The notes beneath the pieces were generated by a model. That model was not told where the DNA came from. It ran no database searches and saw only the letters and a program-made list of their open reading frames with translations. Below are positions 38,271 to 48,984 of a stretch of DNA of 64,000 nt, piece after piece. The translations under genes and the position numbers were made by a program. Within the stretch, counting starts at the first letter, position 1. Each line of letters begins with the position of its first letter. This stretch comes from Rubripirellula sp. Lineage in GTDB: Bacteria; Planctomycetota; Planctomycetia; Pirellulales; Pirellulaceae. Where the stretch lies: NCBI GenBank assembly GCA_965216875.1, contig OZ244207.1, positions 3,040,001 to 3,104,000 on the forward strand, read 5' to 3'.

Positions 38271-39446
38271 TTATCCCTCCAGCAACTCTCTGAAGATATC
38301 GATCGTTTGCGACTCGCAGGCAACCTGTTCATAGCATTCAACAACCCGCTTGCGTGCTGATCGCCCCATTTGCCGGCGACGTTCCGCATCCTCGACCAAC
38401 GATCGCAAAGCTGCAGCAAAAGAATCGGCATCGCCCGGCGGAACAACCATTCCCTCGCGACCATCGCGCACCATGTAGGGCAGATCCCCAACATCCGTTA
38501 CGACCGACGGCAACGCAACGGCCATCGCCTCAAGCTCAGAATAAGGGAAAGCTTCGTAATCAGAAGGCATCGCGAAAATGTCAATGCTGTTGAGAAAGTC
38601 GACCACATTGTCTTGGTGACCAAGAAGGTCGACGCGTTGAGTCAATCCAAGTTTTTTGACCTTTGCCTCGATCGCTGCGCGTTCAGGTCCTTCGCCGGCG
38701 ATTTTCACCTGAACGGGAAGATCTGCGATCTTTGCCAAGGCTTCCACCAAGAGATCGAAGCGTTTTTGCGGCACGAGTCCACCACACCCACCGACAACAA
38801 TTGATGGGTCGTTGGCATCTCCATCGCGTCGTTCGGTGTCCACCTCAAATCGAGTCACATCAACGCCATTAGGAACAAAAACAACTTGCTCCTCCCGAAG
38901 CTTCAGCGCATTGACATTGATCCTCGCGAAGCGTTCGCTGACGCTAATGATCTTATTGAAACGCCTTGCGAAGCTTTTCCGCTCACGAAACCTCTCGTAG
39001 GCGGTCGTGACGGGGAGGTATTGAGCAACCTGTTCTGAGAGAGTTGGCGAGTGTCCCACAAGCGGGAGGTGCATTGTAAAAACGCTTCGGAAGTTTCGTT
39101 CATCCCAAGCGCGCATCTGCATTGCGGCGCGTCGAGGTTGCTTGGCTCCGGAGTTAAAATGCACAATGTGCGGTCGTGCCTCGGCAATGAGGCGATCGAT
39201 TTCTATGGCTGCATCAGTTTCGGACTCCTCGAGCGGGACCTGATCGACGCGCACTCCGCTTTGCTCTAGCCTTCCCAGAAACGGGCGTTCGAGCTCCTGC
39301 TGGTTCACCACAATCGTGATCTCACATTCGGCATCAAGTAGTCGCTGAACCAGCCGATCCAGGTACTTGTGCGCACCACCGTACTCGGCTTTTAGCCAAG
39401 CTACATGCAAGACACGTGTGCCCCTGGGCAGATGATTGTGAACCAA
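38271..39446 (-). CDS. GT4 glycosyltransferase
   Basis: GGA, VPNGVD, QKR, EAFPYSELEAMA. Confidence 0.88.
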   Translation of the reverse strand: MVHNHLPRGTRVLHVAWLKAEYGGAHKYLDRLVQRLLDAECEITIVVNQQELERPFLGRLEQSGVRVDQVPLEESETDAAIEIDRLIAEARPHIVHFNSGAKQPRRAAMQMRAWDERNFRSVFTMHLPLVGHSPTLSEQVAQYLPVTTAYERFRERKSFARRFNKIISVSERFARINVNALKLREEQVVFVPNGVDVTRFEVDTERRDGDANDPSIVVGGCGGLVPQKRFDLLVEALAKIADLPVQVKIAGEGPERAAIEAKVKKLGLTQRVDLLGHQDNVVDFLNSIDIFAMPSDYEAFPYSELEAMAVALPSVVTDVGDLPYMVRDGREGMVVPPGDADSFAAALRSLVEDAERRRQMGRSARKRVVECYEQVACESQTIDIFRELLEG

Positions 39447-39462
39447 TGAACGCCTCGAGCAA

Positions 39463-40983
39463 CTAAGGGGCTGGGGTCGATGCGTCTAAATGTGTGCGTC
39501 TGGGCTTCAACTTCCGAATGCCCAGTAGCGAAACGTAATCGTCCAACGCAGGCGGACGAATCACCAACATCAGAGTCGTGTAGGAAACGACACCAACGGC
39601 GACACCGACAATCAATGTCGCCCATGACGACACACCGATGTACCAGTTTTGCATTACCTGGCATGTGGCGATCACCCCAGCCGACATGAGCAGTGTCGCA
39701 AGACAAAATGGAGATAATGCATACAGCAATCGCCGAACAGTCAATCCTTTGACCAAGCTAAACGGAATCGCGAAGTGTGGAACGAACAGCAAGAGGTTGG
39801 CTGCCAAATAGCAAGCTGCGACCCCTACGACACCCCACATTGATCCGATCAAAAACGCCACGACATGGACGATCGCAACGATCACTCCCCATCGAAACAG
39901 TCGATCCGCCCGGGCCTTCGACAAAAAGACCGAACCGCAAAGAACGGTGAGTGACTGGATTGCGCCAACGGGCGCTAAGAGCGCCACGACGGGGATGGCC
40001 GGGTACCAACGCTCATCCAACAACGAACGAATGAACGGCCCCGCCATGATGGCAAGGCCTGCCATCGCAGGGAATGTCAGCATCGCCACGCCGCAAGACG
40101 TTCGAATAAAAGCTGCCCCCAAGCGGGCGTCGTCGTTCTTGAGTTCCGACAACTTGGGAAAAAGAACACGGGAAATCACGCGTGAGATTGAATCACGCGG
40201 CAGCAACATGAAGCGATATCCAAGCGAATAGTAACCCAACGCGACTGGGCCAAGCGTTGCCCCAATGATCAAGTTATCGGAGTGTTTCGCGAAGAAATTA
40301 AAGATGTTGTACCCCGTGATGTTCAAGCCAAATTTGAGGCACTCTTTGAGCCGAACTCGATCAAGCGTGAACGACGGCACAAACCGCTCGACCAAATTAA
40401 GCAAGACGAAATTTGATATTGATCCCGACAGCGACGAGAACACGAGGGACCAAACGCCGAGCCCCATCAACGCACACGTCACTCCCGTTACGCCCATGAC
40501 GACCACACCGCCAAGCTCGCGGATGGCGAGCTTCTTGAACTCGAGCCGCCGCTGCAGAAGCGACGAGGGCACCATGCAAAACGAATCGATCAGGATGCTA
40601 AGGGCTAGCACCATAACCAATGGTGCCACCCGATCATCCTGGTAAATGAAGTTCGCGATCGGCGAAACGCAAATCACCGCAAGGGTGATCACTCCACAAA
40701 ACCCGAGATTGACCCAGAAGAGCGTCGAAAGCAACGCATGGTCAACATCGTCGCGTTGAATGATTGCCGCATTAAAGCCGAGGCTCTTGAGTGTCTTTGC
40801 AAACGCCGTGACAACGGTCGCCATTCCCACCAGCCCGAAAAACTCGGGCGCAAGCAGGTAGGCAAGCAGCAAGGAAATGGCAAATTGCATTGCCTGCGCG
40901 CCGTAGCGTGAAGCGATACTCCAACGCACAGCCGAGTAGGCGTTGCCTGTTGCCTTCTTTTCAGCTTTCGGTTCAACTGCCAT
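39463..40983 (-). CDS. wzx: Wzx/MOP polysaccharide flippase
   Basis: LLAPEFFG, AAIIQ, LQRRLEFK, GVWSL, DNLIIG..LGYY, VLFP; WzxC-like, many TM helices. Confidence 0.9.
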   Translation of the reverse strand: MAVEPKAEKKATGNAYSAVRWSIASRYGAQAMQFAISLLLAYLLAPEFFGLVGMATVVTAFAKTLKSLGFNAAIIQRDDVDHALLSTLFWVNLGFCGVITLAVICVSPIANFIYQDDRVAPLVMVLALSILIDSFCMVPSSLLQRRLEFKKLAIRELGGVVVMGVTGVTCALMGLGVWSLVFSSLSGSISNFVLLNLVERFVPSFTLDRVRLKECLKFGLNITGYNIFNFFAKHSDNLIIGATLGPVALGYYSLGYRFMLLPRDSISRVISRVLFPKLSELKNDDARLGAAFIRTSCGVAMLTFPAMAGLAIMAGPFIRSLLDERWYPAIPVVALLAPVGAIQSLTVLCGSVFLSKARADRLFRWGVIVAIVHVVAFLIGSMWGVVGVAACYLAANLLLFVPHFAIPFSLVKGLTVRRLLYALSPFCLATLLMSAGVIATCQVMQNWYIGVSSWATLIVGVAVGVVSYTTLMLVIRPPALDDYVSLLGIRKLKPRRTHLDASTPAP

Positions 40984-41426
40984 ACAGCACACGTGTGTCG
41001 CGTAGCGATTCGACTGCGGTCACAGATTCACGCCAAAAACCAACCTGCGAATCAATTTGGGTGGTCACGTTGATCGACGGCTCAAAAGTATTTGAAATGC
41101 AGAACGGCAATGGTCACCTGTCGCCCTCGCGTCACTCAACAGGGGATCTTCGCCACGATAATAAGAGCGAAAAGAAGCTCCCACACGCGCACGTCCGAAG
41201 TCACCAAAACTGCAATCAACGCAATCCAGTATTCCGACTTGGTCGACTTGTGCCAATGAAAACGCCCAATGGGGGGATAGCCGGCGGTTGGCTTGCCCGC
41301 ATCGTGCCAACTTGGAAGTCGACGATACCGATCGGGTGCGTCGCAAAACCACTCCATCCGATCCCGCTGAATCAATCCCAATCGACGGACTGACCCCGCG
41401 ATCGAACAAACACGTGAAGCCTCCAG

Positions 41427-42299
41427 TCATGACTGGTCTTTGCTCCAGCCATTGAGTGATTCCGAAAGCGTCCCGAAGGGATGTTTGGCCAGCAGCGATT
41501 GCAGTTTTCGTCCGGTGGATGCTAGACCGGTATAGTGGCGGAACCGACTTTTCATTGACGCGCCCGAAATCCGCGGCTGGCTTGGGTCCACTTCCCAGGG
41601 GTGGATGTAGAACATGGCTGGGCGTCCAGCGCGGCGGACTTCGCAGATCGCTTTGTTGGTGACCGAAATTGGCAGCAGCCGGAAGTATCCGCCCCCAACA
41701 GGCACGCGCAACTTGGGTGGACTGCCGATCATCGTCCAAACCGAAGGCGGGAACTCCGCGATCTTCCCATGCTTCGTGTCGCGCTGGTGGATCTCTTTCG
41801 GCGCGTCAGGCATCCCATAAAGATCGTGACCCGCGATCGGGAAGATGCTCGAGTCGACCTTGAAACCTTGTTCAACCAATATGTCGAGCGCCCAAATCGA
41901 TTTCTTGACGATCGAGAAACTCGGCGCCCGGTAAGCGGTGGGCCGGATGTCGCATGCGTTCGCAATTGCATCGCTGCTGTCAGCGATATCTTTTGCAAAC
42001 TCCTCGGGCGTTAGCTCATAAACCAACTGATGCCAGTATCCGTGGCTGGCGATCTCGTGGCCCGTTTCGGCAATGCGCCGCACGAGCTTGGGGTACCTAT
42101 CTGCAACCCAACCTAGAATGAAGAACGTGCCTCGGACACTGGCTTCATCCATGATACGAAGGATTGCTTCAGTGTTCGCCTCAACACGACACTCAAACTG
42201 ATCCCACTGATCGCGAGACACACGGTCTTTGAATGCCGAGACCTGAAAGTAGTCCTCGACATCGACCGAAAACACGTTCGGAATTGCTGAGTTATCCAC
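41427..42299 (-). CDS. Exosortase-system polysaccharide deacetylase (DUF3473-type)
   Basis: SVDVEDYFQV, TFFILGWVA, HEIASHG, YRAPSFS, GGGYFRL, YIHPWE. Confidence 0.92.
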   Translation of the reverse strand: MDNSAIPNVFSVDVEDYFQVSAFKDRVSRDQWDQFECRVEANTEAILRIMDEASVRGTFFILGWVADRYPKLVRRIAETGHEIASHGYWHQLVYELTPEEFAKDIADSSDAIANACDIRPTAYRAPSFSIVKKSIWALDILVEQGFKVDSSIFPIAGHDLYGMPDAPKEIHQRDTKHGKIAEFPPSVWTMIGSPPKLRVPVGGGYFRLLPISVTNKAICEVRRAGRPAMFYIHPWEVDPSQPRISGASMKSRFRHYTGLASTGRKLQSLLAKHPFGTLSESLNGWSKDQS

Positions 42300-42363
42300 A
42301 ACTAGAGAGCCAGCCTAGAAGTGCGAATGCACGACTCAAACTGATCAAGGTTGCAACCGCAGT

Positions 42364-43266
42364 CTAGGAACGCTGCATGATTGCGGAATCGGATGGCGAC
42401 GAGTACGCAAACGCAGGCTGCTGTTCAGCCGCATACGATGCTTCTTCGTGGCTCTCACCCTTTGCCTCGGTAGGCTCGGAAACGTCGAGCAGGTGCCGAC
42501 GACATAGTCGCATCACACGCATGACCGTGGCGCCCTTGATCCCAATCATGCGCATTCCAGTCGCAGCAAGGATCCGCAGCTCGAGCCAAAAGTTTGCATT
42601 CTCGATGTAGTGCAAATCGAGCACTTGTTTTCGCTGGACGTCATCGAGCGTCTCGTCGGGAGGCAAGTTGATTTGCGACAAACCCGTCACACCCGGCTTA
42701 ACGACAACTCGGTCGTAGTAGCCATTGATTTGCCCCGCGAGCTTTTCGCAAATCTCTGGACGCTCGGGCCGTGGTCCGACAAGCGACATTTCCCCACGAG
42801 CAACGTTCCAAAGCTGGGGCAGCTCATCAAGATGCAACTTACGCAAGACTCGACCGATCCGGGTCACGCGTGCGTCACCCTTTGTGCTCCACACCGGCTT
42901 GCCTGGAGTTTCGGCATCCTGAACCATCGAACGCAGCTTGATGATCTCGAAAACCGAACCGTCCAGCCCTACCCGCTTCTGGCGGTAAAACCCAGGACCA
43001 CGTGATGTCGACCTGACCACAACATACAAGAGAAGTGTGAGGGGTGAAGTAAGAAGTAGGAGGCTAGCTCCCACCCATCGATCGATCACGTATTTACGTT
43101 GAAAAAACAACTCGTTTTGCTCCTTGCTGGAATTCGACAGCCTAGACTGCGTGCGATCGTCTTGATCACATCCCACCTTGGTTGATGGATGATTGCGTCC
43201 GCTGACTCGTTTCAGCGCAGATTGCGAGAGGTTCGCGCAGGTTTTTGACGAATTAGGGTCTGACAT
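42364..43266 (-). CDS. Priming sugar transferase (Bac_transf)
   Basis: QKRVG, KLRSM, DARVT, LDELPQLWNV..GEMSLVGPRPE, PGVTGLSQ, DLHY. Confidence 0.92.
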   Translation of the reverse strand: MSDPNSSKTCANLSQSALKRVSGRNHPSTKVGCDQDDRTQSRLSNSSKEQNELFFQRKYVIDRWVGASLLLLTSPLTLLLYVVVRSTSRGPGFYRQKRVGLDGSVFEIIKLRSMVQDAETPGKPVWSTKGDARVTRIGRVLRKLHLDELPQLWNVARGEMSLVGPRPERPEICEKLAGQINGYYDRVVVKPGVTGLSQINLPPDETLDDVQRKQVLDLHYIENANFWLELRILAATGMRMIGIKGATVMRVMRLCRRHLLDVSEPTEAKGESHEEASYAAEQQPAFAYSSPSDSAIMQRS

Positions 43267-43438
43267 AGTGGGAATAATCGTGGGGCGGTTGCTTCCGATG
43301 CGAATAAACGTCGACTCAACGAAATGAACAAAACCCCGATTGTGCGAAGATGACCTTCCCAACTCGGAAACGTTGATGTAGTTGCATCGAACTCCCCCAA
43401 GTAGGAAAAATCAAGCAAAAAAGTCTCAAATTGACCGG

Positions 43439-44107
43439 CTATTGAATCACCTGTTCAACATGCGGCAAAAATACTTTCAAAAAGTCTTCGCATGGCCGGT
43501 GTGTGAGACTGGCAACGGGCCCCGCGAGTTGAATTTTGTACAGGTTTTCAGCAAACCAAAATCTCGGGTGCTTCCGGGCTTCAAAGCTGCCACCGGCCGA
43601 CCAAGCATACCAAACATCGAGCGAAGGATCAGGGCTAGGAGCTTTCGAAAACTGGACCGACCAGAGCTCATGCGAGGATCGGCCTGAAGTCGTTACGAGA
43701 TTCGTCTCACGATCATTGACCTGCTTGGTGCCAACCGAGTCATAGCAAACCTCAGGCGTATGCACGGCGATCGGCCCGCGTGGCCCAAACATCAGCGCTA
43801 CGGTAACCTCGGCGTCGTTCTTTTCGTTCTTGTACCGCCGTACCTCAGAGCCGTAGCACCGCAACAACTCGGTGGCACCCTCATCCAAATCACCGGTGTT
43901 TACCAGCCGCCAGTCTCCACATCGATCGGGGAGGTTCTTGAGCTGGTCACCAACCGCGACAAGATCCTCGGACTTTGACCAACGTCCATCCAGGTAACCG
44001 TGAACGATGCCTGAAAATAGCGTCAATCCAAGCAAGACACCGATGGCCATGCGCTGAACGGTAATGCCACTTGAGCTTTGCGGTGTTTCTACTTCGCTAG
44101 AAGTCAT
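43439..44107 (-). CDS. epsI: Exosortase-associated EpsI-family protein
   Basis: N-terminal TM, LP..GDW, HTPEVCY; lies in the xrt operon. Confidence 0.8.
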   Translation of the reverse strand: MTSSEVETPQSSSGITVQRMAIGVLLGLTLFSGIVHGYLDGRWSKSEDLVAVGDQLKNLPDRCGDWRLVNTGDLDEGATELLRCYGSEVRRYKNEKNDAEVTVALMFGPRGPIAVHTPEVCYDSVGTKQVNDRETNLVTTSGRSSHELWSVQFSKAPSPDPSLDVWYAWSAGGSFEARKHPRFWFAENLYKIQLAGPVASLTHRPCEDFLKVFLPHVEQVIQ

Positions 44108-44135
44108 TGATTGAATCTCTCTTGGCGTCGAATCG

Positions 44136-47100
44136 TTACTTGATTCCATACTTGCTTTTCAACTCGTCGTATTGAGCCTGTTCGCCAGTTGTAAGCAACG
44201 AGTGATCGAGGCTTTCATGATCGAGTGATTCCCACTGACGCTTTGCCTCGCTGTCTTTGCTTTGCGAAGTAAGAGCGAGCACAAGGTGGAATCGAAAGTT
44301 GGGCTTATCTTCTAACTCAATGGCTTTTGCGAAAGCTTCTTCGGCACCCGAATGATCAGCTTTCTTCATCAGCACATAGCCTCGAGTATCGAGCAATTCG
44401 CCGTTTCGTTTTGCAATCGCGATTGCGCGGTTGATCGCCGTAAGCGCTTCGTCTTCGCGTGACATCTCAGCAAGCGCGATCGCCAAGTTGTTCAAGGCTC
44501 GCAGCCGCGTTGGGTCTCGCATCAACGCCTTTCGATACAGCGAAATCGCGGTGGGATAATCACGTTGCATCAACTCGAGCGTCGCGAGTCCATCGAGCAG
44601 ATCAGGATTGTCGGGATACTCTGCAAACGCCTGCTTGATCACCTTTTGGTTCCGCGAATCGGAAAGCTCCTGCAGATCATTCAAGAGTGCTTCGACGAGC
44701 AACGCCGCGGCCTCTACGTTGCCGTGCGAAACATAGTGTTCCGACGAAACATGAACCGCATCCTTAACGCGACCGGCACGAATCAATGCCGAACCGTATT
44801 GGTCGAGTGCATCAGGGTCATTGTCGTAGGCGCGTTTGAACCAACCAAGGGCTTCATCTCGAAGGCTTGACTTGAACAAGGCGGTGCCAGCAATCAAACA
44901 AGCTTCAACTTCCGTAACGATTTCCTTGGACGTCACATCTGCGAACCAAAGATCAACGATCGAATTGGCCGATTGGGTGATGCCGTCATGGAGAGCGAAT
45001 CGCATCGCCAATTCGAGTGCAAAGATCTGAGCATCGCGCTGGTCAATTCGCTTCAGTCGTTGCCGGAGCTCTTTCGCACGTGGCAAGTCTTTCTCATCGC
45101 CCTTCGTGATACTCGATTTGAGTAAGTAGTCTGCAAAACGGTAGAGATCAACGGGCACAGGTTCCGCACCGAGGCAAAGATGCTCGTAGAGCGATCGCAC
45201 TTCACCATCTAATCGCTTCTTGAGTTGATCGTCGCTCGATTCCCCACGGTGCTTGATTAGGAGCAAAGCCAGGGAACGCGCGGCACTGTCGCTACGCGAA
45301 TTGTCCTCACGAAAAATCTCACGCAAGATCCGGATCGCTTGATTCTGCTTCTCACGGTCGACCTGCTGGGACAACATTAGAGCGAATAGCAAGCGGTTTT
45401 CGGCTGTCACCCACTCGCCCGTGGTCAACACATCTCGCAGCTGCTCCCAATTGGCATCGTCACCGTCGCGAGCAAGCAGAGCCAATGCCAACCTATTGAC
45501 GACAACCGAATTGCGCGGACTCAGTTGCTGAGCGGCCTGCAGGGCTCTGATCTCTTCTTCCGATCGCCCTAGCCGACGGTAATGTTCAGCCAATGCAATC
45601 TTCGTTTGAAACGTCGGCCTGATCTTGTCCGCTTTTTCCATTAGCTCGAGCGCTTCGGCATAGCGGCCAAGCTGATTCAAGGTGTGCGCTTGGAGCGTGT
45701 TTCTGACATCACCGGGTAGGTTACTCGAGGCCACTTGATTCAGGACTTCTTGCGCCTGGTCCTTGTCACCTGTTTCAATCGCAATCGCGGAGAGCAAGAG
45801 AAATAGATCTGGACGCCCTGTTTCGGCAAGTTCATCAGCGCGTTTCGCGACAACTTTCGCCTTTTCGATCAGCTGCTCACGTTCGGCGCCTTTTTCAGAT
45901 CGCGCGGCAATCAGATAGGTATTGCCCAGCAGGATCTGAGGAAAAGGATCGTTCGGAGCATTGTCTGCGGCATTGCGGGCAACCGAGATACTCGCATCGA
46001 AGTCTCCCTTCTTTTGCATCATCTCGACGCGGACCTGTGCGAAGTCGTCAATTGGCGAGTCTCGCGTGAATGCCAACAAGCGAATCGCCTCGTCTGCCTC
46101 ATCAAACCGCCCGAGTTCATAAAGCTGGCGGACCAATTCGTACCGCGTATTTAGTCGGCGGTCACCCGCTGCGATGCCGCGACGCAGATGCTCAACTCCC
46201 GTCCGGTAATCTCGCTCGATTCCGGCGATCCAGCCTTCAAGCGAGATCGCCTCACCCCAGTTGGGGCGTTGTGTCAGCAGCCTTCGGATTTCCTGCTTGC
46301 ACTTCTGCAACCGCTCATCATTTTTTTCAATGACCCGAGGTTCATTTGCCATCTCACGAATTAGCTGCGTGACACTAAGGAACTTCGAATAGGTACCTTG
46401 GTCACCCTCGGCATCACGAATTCGCTTTGTCCAATACGACACCAATCCTTGTTGGTCAGTTGGCGTGCCTTCAATCACGAGTCGTGGCGAATCGGGAGGC
46501 AAGGTTTCCGCTAGTGTTGCAAGTGTGTACATCAACTCAAGCGGAAGCGAATCAGCTGGAATTAAGAGCAATGCCCCGTAGGCAAGGTCGGGTCGGCCCG
46601 CTTTTTGGTAGAGCCCCGCGGCGCGTTGAATCACTCGCGATGAGTTCTCTTCCATCCCCTTGGCAAACTCCAACAACCGATCGGCTCCCTTAACGGGTTC
46701 GCCGCGGGTCGCGTCAACTTCTGCAAGTGTCCCCACGAATTCCTGGCTACCCTCACCGAGCAGGTTCTTGAGCCGCTCCGTTAGCTCGCTGGCTCCTTCC
46801 TGATCGCCTGTTGCCACCAATCGCAACAACGCAAAACGCTGGACGGTGACAAAATCTTGATAACGATCGGCAAGCTCTTTGGCCTGCTGTGCGACTTCCT
46901 TTGATTCCAGGTGATCTTCAACGGACGTCCCTTCCGGAGGAAGCATGATGTCGAGGACATCGATACGTGCAATCGCCTGCTGCAGCGCAACTTTCTCTTC
47001 TGTTTCGTCAGGCAGAGCGTACTGCGCGAGTAAGTTTTTGAGGGCCTGAAGCTCGGAACGAACGGAGCTGAAATCTCGCAAGTCCGGGTCGAGTCGCAGT

Positions 47101-48929
47101 TCGTAGTCGAACAACGCCTGCACACTACGAACACGCAAAGGCAGAGAGTCCGATTTAACAACAGCACGCCAATTCTCGACGGCCAACAAGCGATTACCGG
47201 CTGACGTTGCCGCCTGCGCCGCCAAGGCTCGCAGCTCCATGTTGTCAGGATCGTAGGCAATGGCTCGACTGAGCACAGCGGCAGCTCGGTCCCAAGCACC
47301 TTGCTGACCATGCAACACATTCAAAGCGCGAGCGACGGAGACTCGTTCGACTGTTTCAATATCTGCCGGGCGTTCAAAAACTTCCTCAAGTATGCGGGCT
47401 GCTTCGTGTGCATTTCCGGTTTCTGCCATATGGAGCGCTGACAAACGGTCATGTCTCCACTGGGCAGCGTCAATCTGTTCGTTGATTTCGCTGCGACGAG
47501 CCGCAGACACATCGATCTCACTCATCAAGTTGAGCGCTCGCCGAGCAAGCTCGATGGCTTCATCTAAGTCTTTGAGTGCCTGGTCTGCACCTTCCGGGTC
47601 AGCCTGGATCTTGGCGTTGGCAAGTACGGCGAGCAAAAGCAGGTCTTTGGAGTCAACTTGCTCAAGCCCTTGCTGCCAAATTTCAATGGCACCCTCTGGA
47701 TCCTCTGAGAGTTCGCGCAACTGGCCGGCTCGGACGAACACCTGAGCCCGTGTAGCAGGATTAACGCCAGCCACATCCAACGGCATCAACGAATCGAGGT
47801 ACTTCGACGCAAGCTCCATGTCCCCCTTTTCCATCGCGTACAGGCCTGCTTGGTAGATCAGCAGGAAATCCCAAGAGTAGGGCGAAACCTCAGTGGGGTC
47901 GGACGGGTCCGCAGCATAGGCTTGGGGATCCACATCAGCGAGCTTGCGAAAGGACTCATCAGCCGCATGCATCAGCACCAACCTCGCATCGGCTTCCTGA
48001 CGACTCGCTTCATAGTACCGATACAGAATAAAGTAAGCTTTGCTGTCGTCTGCGTCGCGAAGTGTCGTCACAGCGCGATCAATGCGTTCCTGGTTCTTGC
48101 TCAAGAACTTTTCTTCGACAACGCCCTTGGGGCATTCAAAATGCTCCGGGTAAATCGCGTGGGCTAGAAGAGCCTGCCGAATCGTATCCAGGTCTTGCGG
48201 GTTGGCATCAAGATCAAGCATCAAAACTTCACCAACGGTGATGCTCGTCAACCATTCCCAATAGTCATCGTCTGACTTGAGTCGAGTCCGATCGTCGTAG
48301 ATTCCGTTTTCGACCTGCGATAGGAGTGCCGTCGCAATCCACTGGGTTGCTTCGGCGTCCTTGGGTTTGCGAGCAAGGTTGATGACGTTCCGTTCAACCT
48401 CGCCTGCCCAGGCTGGACCAAGTTGAATCAGTCGCTTGATCAAACGGGTGCGCAAGTCGATGACCGCTTCTTCATGACCTTCGCCAAGCTGTCCAATCGC
48501 CCGCCCGATCTGCTTACGTGCTTCGTAGATCATATCTGAGCGTTGCTCAGGTGCCGCTTTGTCGGCTGCCTTGTCCGCAGCGAGGGCGATACGAATCAAG
48601 ACATCCGGCTCTTTCGGCCGCAACATCGAATACCGTTTCAGCCACCTTGTGTGCGCTGCATAGTCCTCAGCTTCCAAGGCTGCATCAGCCCGCGCCATAA
48701 ACGTTGTTGCGGCGGTGGATGAATGGTAGACATACGAAAGTGCGCACAAGACGGCAATCACTGCGAAACTGGCCGCAGAAATCAGCGCAAGTGGTTTGTT
48801 CCAGCGCCAACGAAAACGCCGGTCATAGATTTTCCGAGCAACCTTTGCATTGGCCTCTTCGCTCTCGCGCGGCTCATTGTCAGGTTGTCCGGCACCGCCC
48901 TTTTCGGGCTTGTCATTAGAGGACGTCAA
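44136..48929 (-). CDS. Large membrane-anchored tetratricopeptide-repeat protein
   Basis: N-terminal TM; many TPR-like helices; C-terminal ALNNLA..DTRG..FHL resembling PrsT-type PEP-CTERM TPR proteins. Confidence 0.85.
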   Translation of the reverse strand: MTSSNDKPEKGGAGQPDNEPRESEEANAKVARKIYDRRFRWRWNKPLALISAASFAVIAVLCALSYVYHSSTAATTFMARADAALEAEDYAAHTRWLKRYSMLRPKEPDVLIRIALAADKAADKAAPEQRSDMIYEARKQIGRAIGQLGEGHEEAVIDLRTRLIKRLIQLGPAWAGEVERNVINLARKPKDAEATQWIATALLSQVENGIYDDRTRLKSDDDYWEWLTSITVGEVLMLDLDANPQDLDTIRQALLAHAIYPEHFECPKGVVEEKFLSKNQERIDRAVTTLRDADDSKAYFILYRYYEASRQEADARLVLMHAADESFRKLADVDPQAYAADPSDPTEVSPYSWDFLLIYQAGLYAMEKGDMELASKYLDSLMPLDVAGVNPATRAQVFVRAGQLRELSEDPEGAIEIWQQGLEQVDSKDLLLLAVLANAKIQADPEGADQALKDLDEAIELARRALNLMSEIDVSAARRSEINEQIDAAQWRHDRLSALHMAETGNAHEAARILEEVFERPADIETVERVSVARALNVLHGQQGAWDRAAAVLSRAIAYDPDNMELRALAAQAATSAGNRLLAVENWRAVVKSDSLPLRVRSVQALFDYELRLDPDLRDFSSVRSELQALKNLLAQYALPDETEEKVALQQAIARIDVLDIMLPPEGTSVEDHLESKEVAQQAKELADRYQDFVTVQRFALLRLVATGDQEGASELTERLKNLLGEGSQEFVGTLAEVDATRGEPVKGADRLLEFAKGMEENSSRVIQRAAGLYQKAGRPDLAYGALLLIPADSLPLELMYTLATLAETLPPDSPRLVIEGTPTDQQGLVSYWTKRIRDAEGDQGTYSKFLSVTQLIREMANEPRVIEKNDERLQKCKQEIRRLLTQRPNWGEAISLEGWIAGIERDYRTGVEHLRRGIAAGDRRLNTRYELVRQLYELGRFDEADEAIRLLAFTRDSPIDDFAQVRVEMMQKKGDFDASISVARNAADNAPNDPFPQILLGNTYLIAARSEKGAEREQLIEKAKVVAKRADELAETGRPDLFLLLSAIAIETGDKDQAQEVLNQVASSNLPGDVRNTLQAHTLNQLGRYAEALELMEKADKIRPTFQTKIALAEHYRRLGRSEEEIRALQAAQQLSPRNSVVVNRLALALLARDGDDANWEQLRDVLTTGEWVTAENRLLFALMLSQQVDREKQNQAIRILREIFREDNSRSDSAARSLALLLIKHRGESSDDQLKKRLDGEVRSLYEHLCLGAEPVPVDLYRFADYLLKSSITKGDEKDLPRAKELRQRLKRIDQRDAQIFALELAMRFALHDGITQSANSIVDLWFADVTSKEIVTEVEACLIAGTALFKSSLRDEALGWFKRAYDNDPDALDQYGSALIRAGRVKDAVHVSSEHYVSHGNVEAAALLVEALLNDLQELSDSRNQKVIKQAFAEYPDNPDLLDGLATLELMQRDYPTAISLYRKALMRDPTRLRALNNLAIALAEMSREDEALTAINRAIAIAKRNGELLDTRGYVLMKKADHSGAEEAFAKAIELEDKPNFRFHLVLALTSQSKDSEAKRQWESLDHESLDHSLLTTGEQAQYDELKSKYGIK

Positions 48930-48984
48930 CTCAGTTTCCTACTCGATTCACTAAGCAAGCGTGAGATGCGATGGTGCGTTATGA

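Noticed and set aside
40984..41426. ORFs in the gap between wzx and the deacetylase (41065-41739, 41136-41381, 40890-41393)
   Set aside because: They overlap real genes or lack protein-like features; more likely an internal promoter region.
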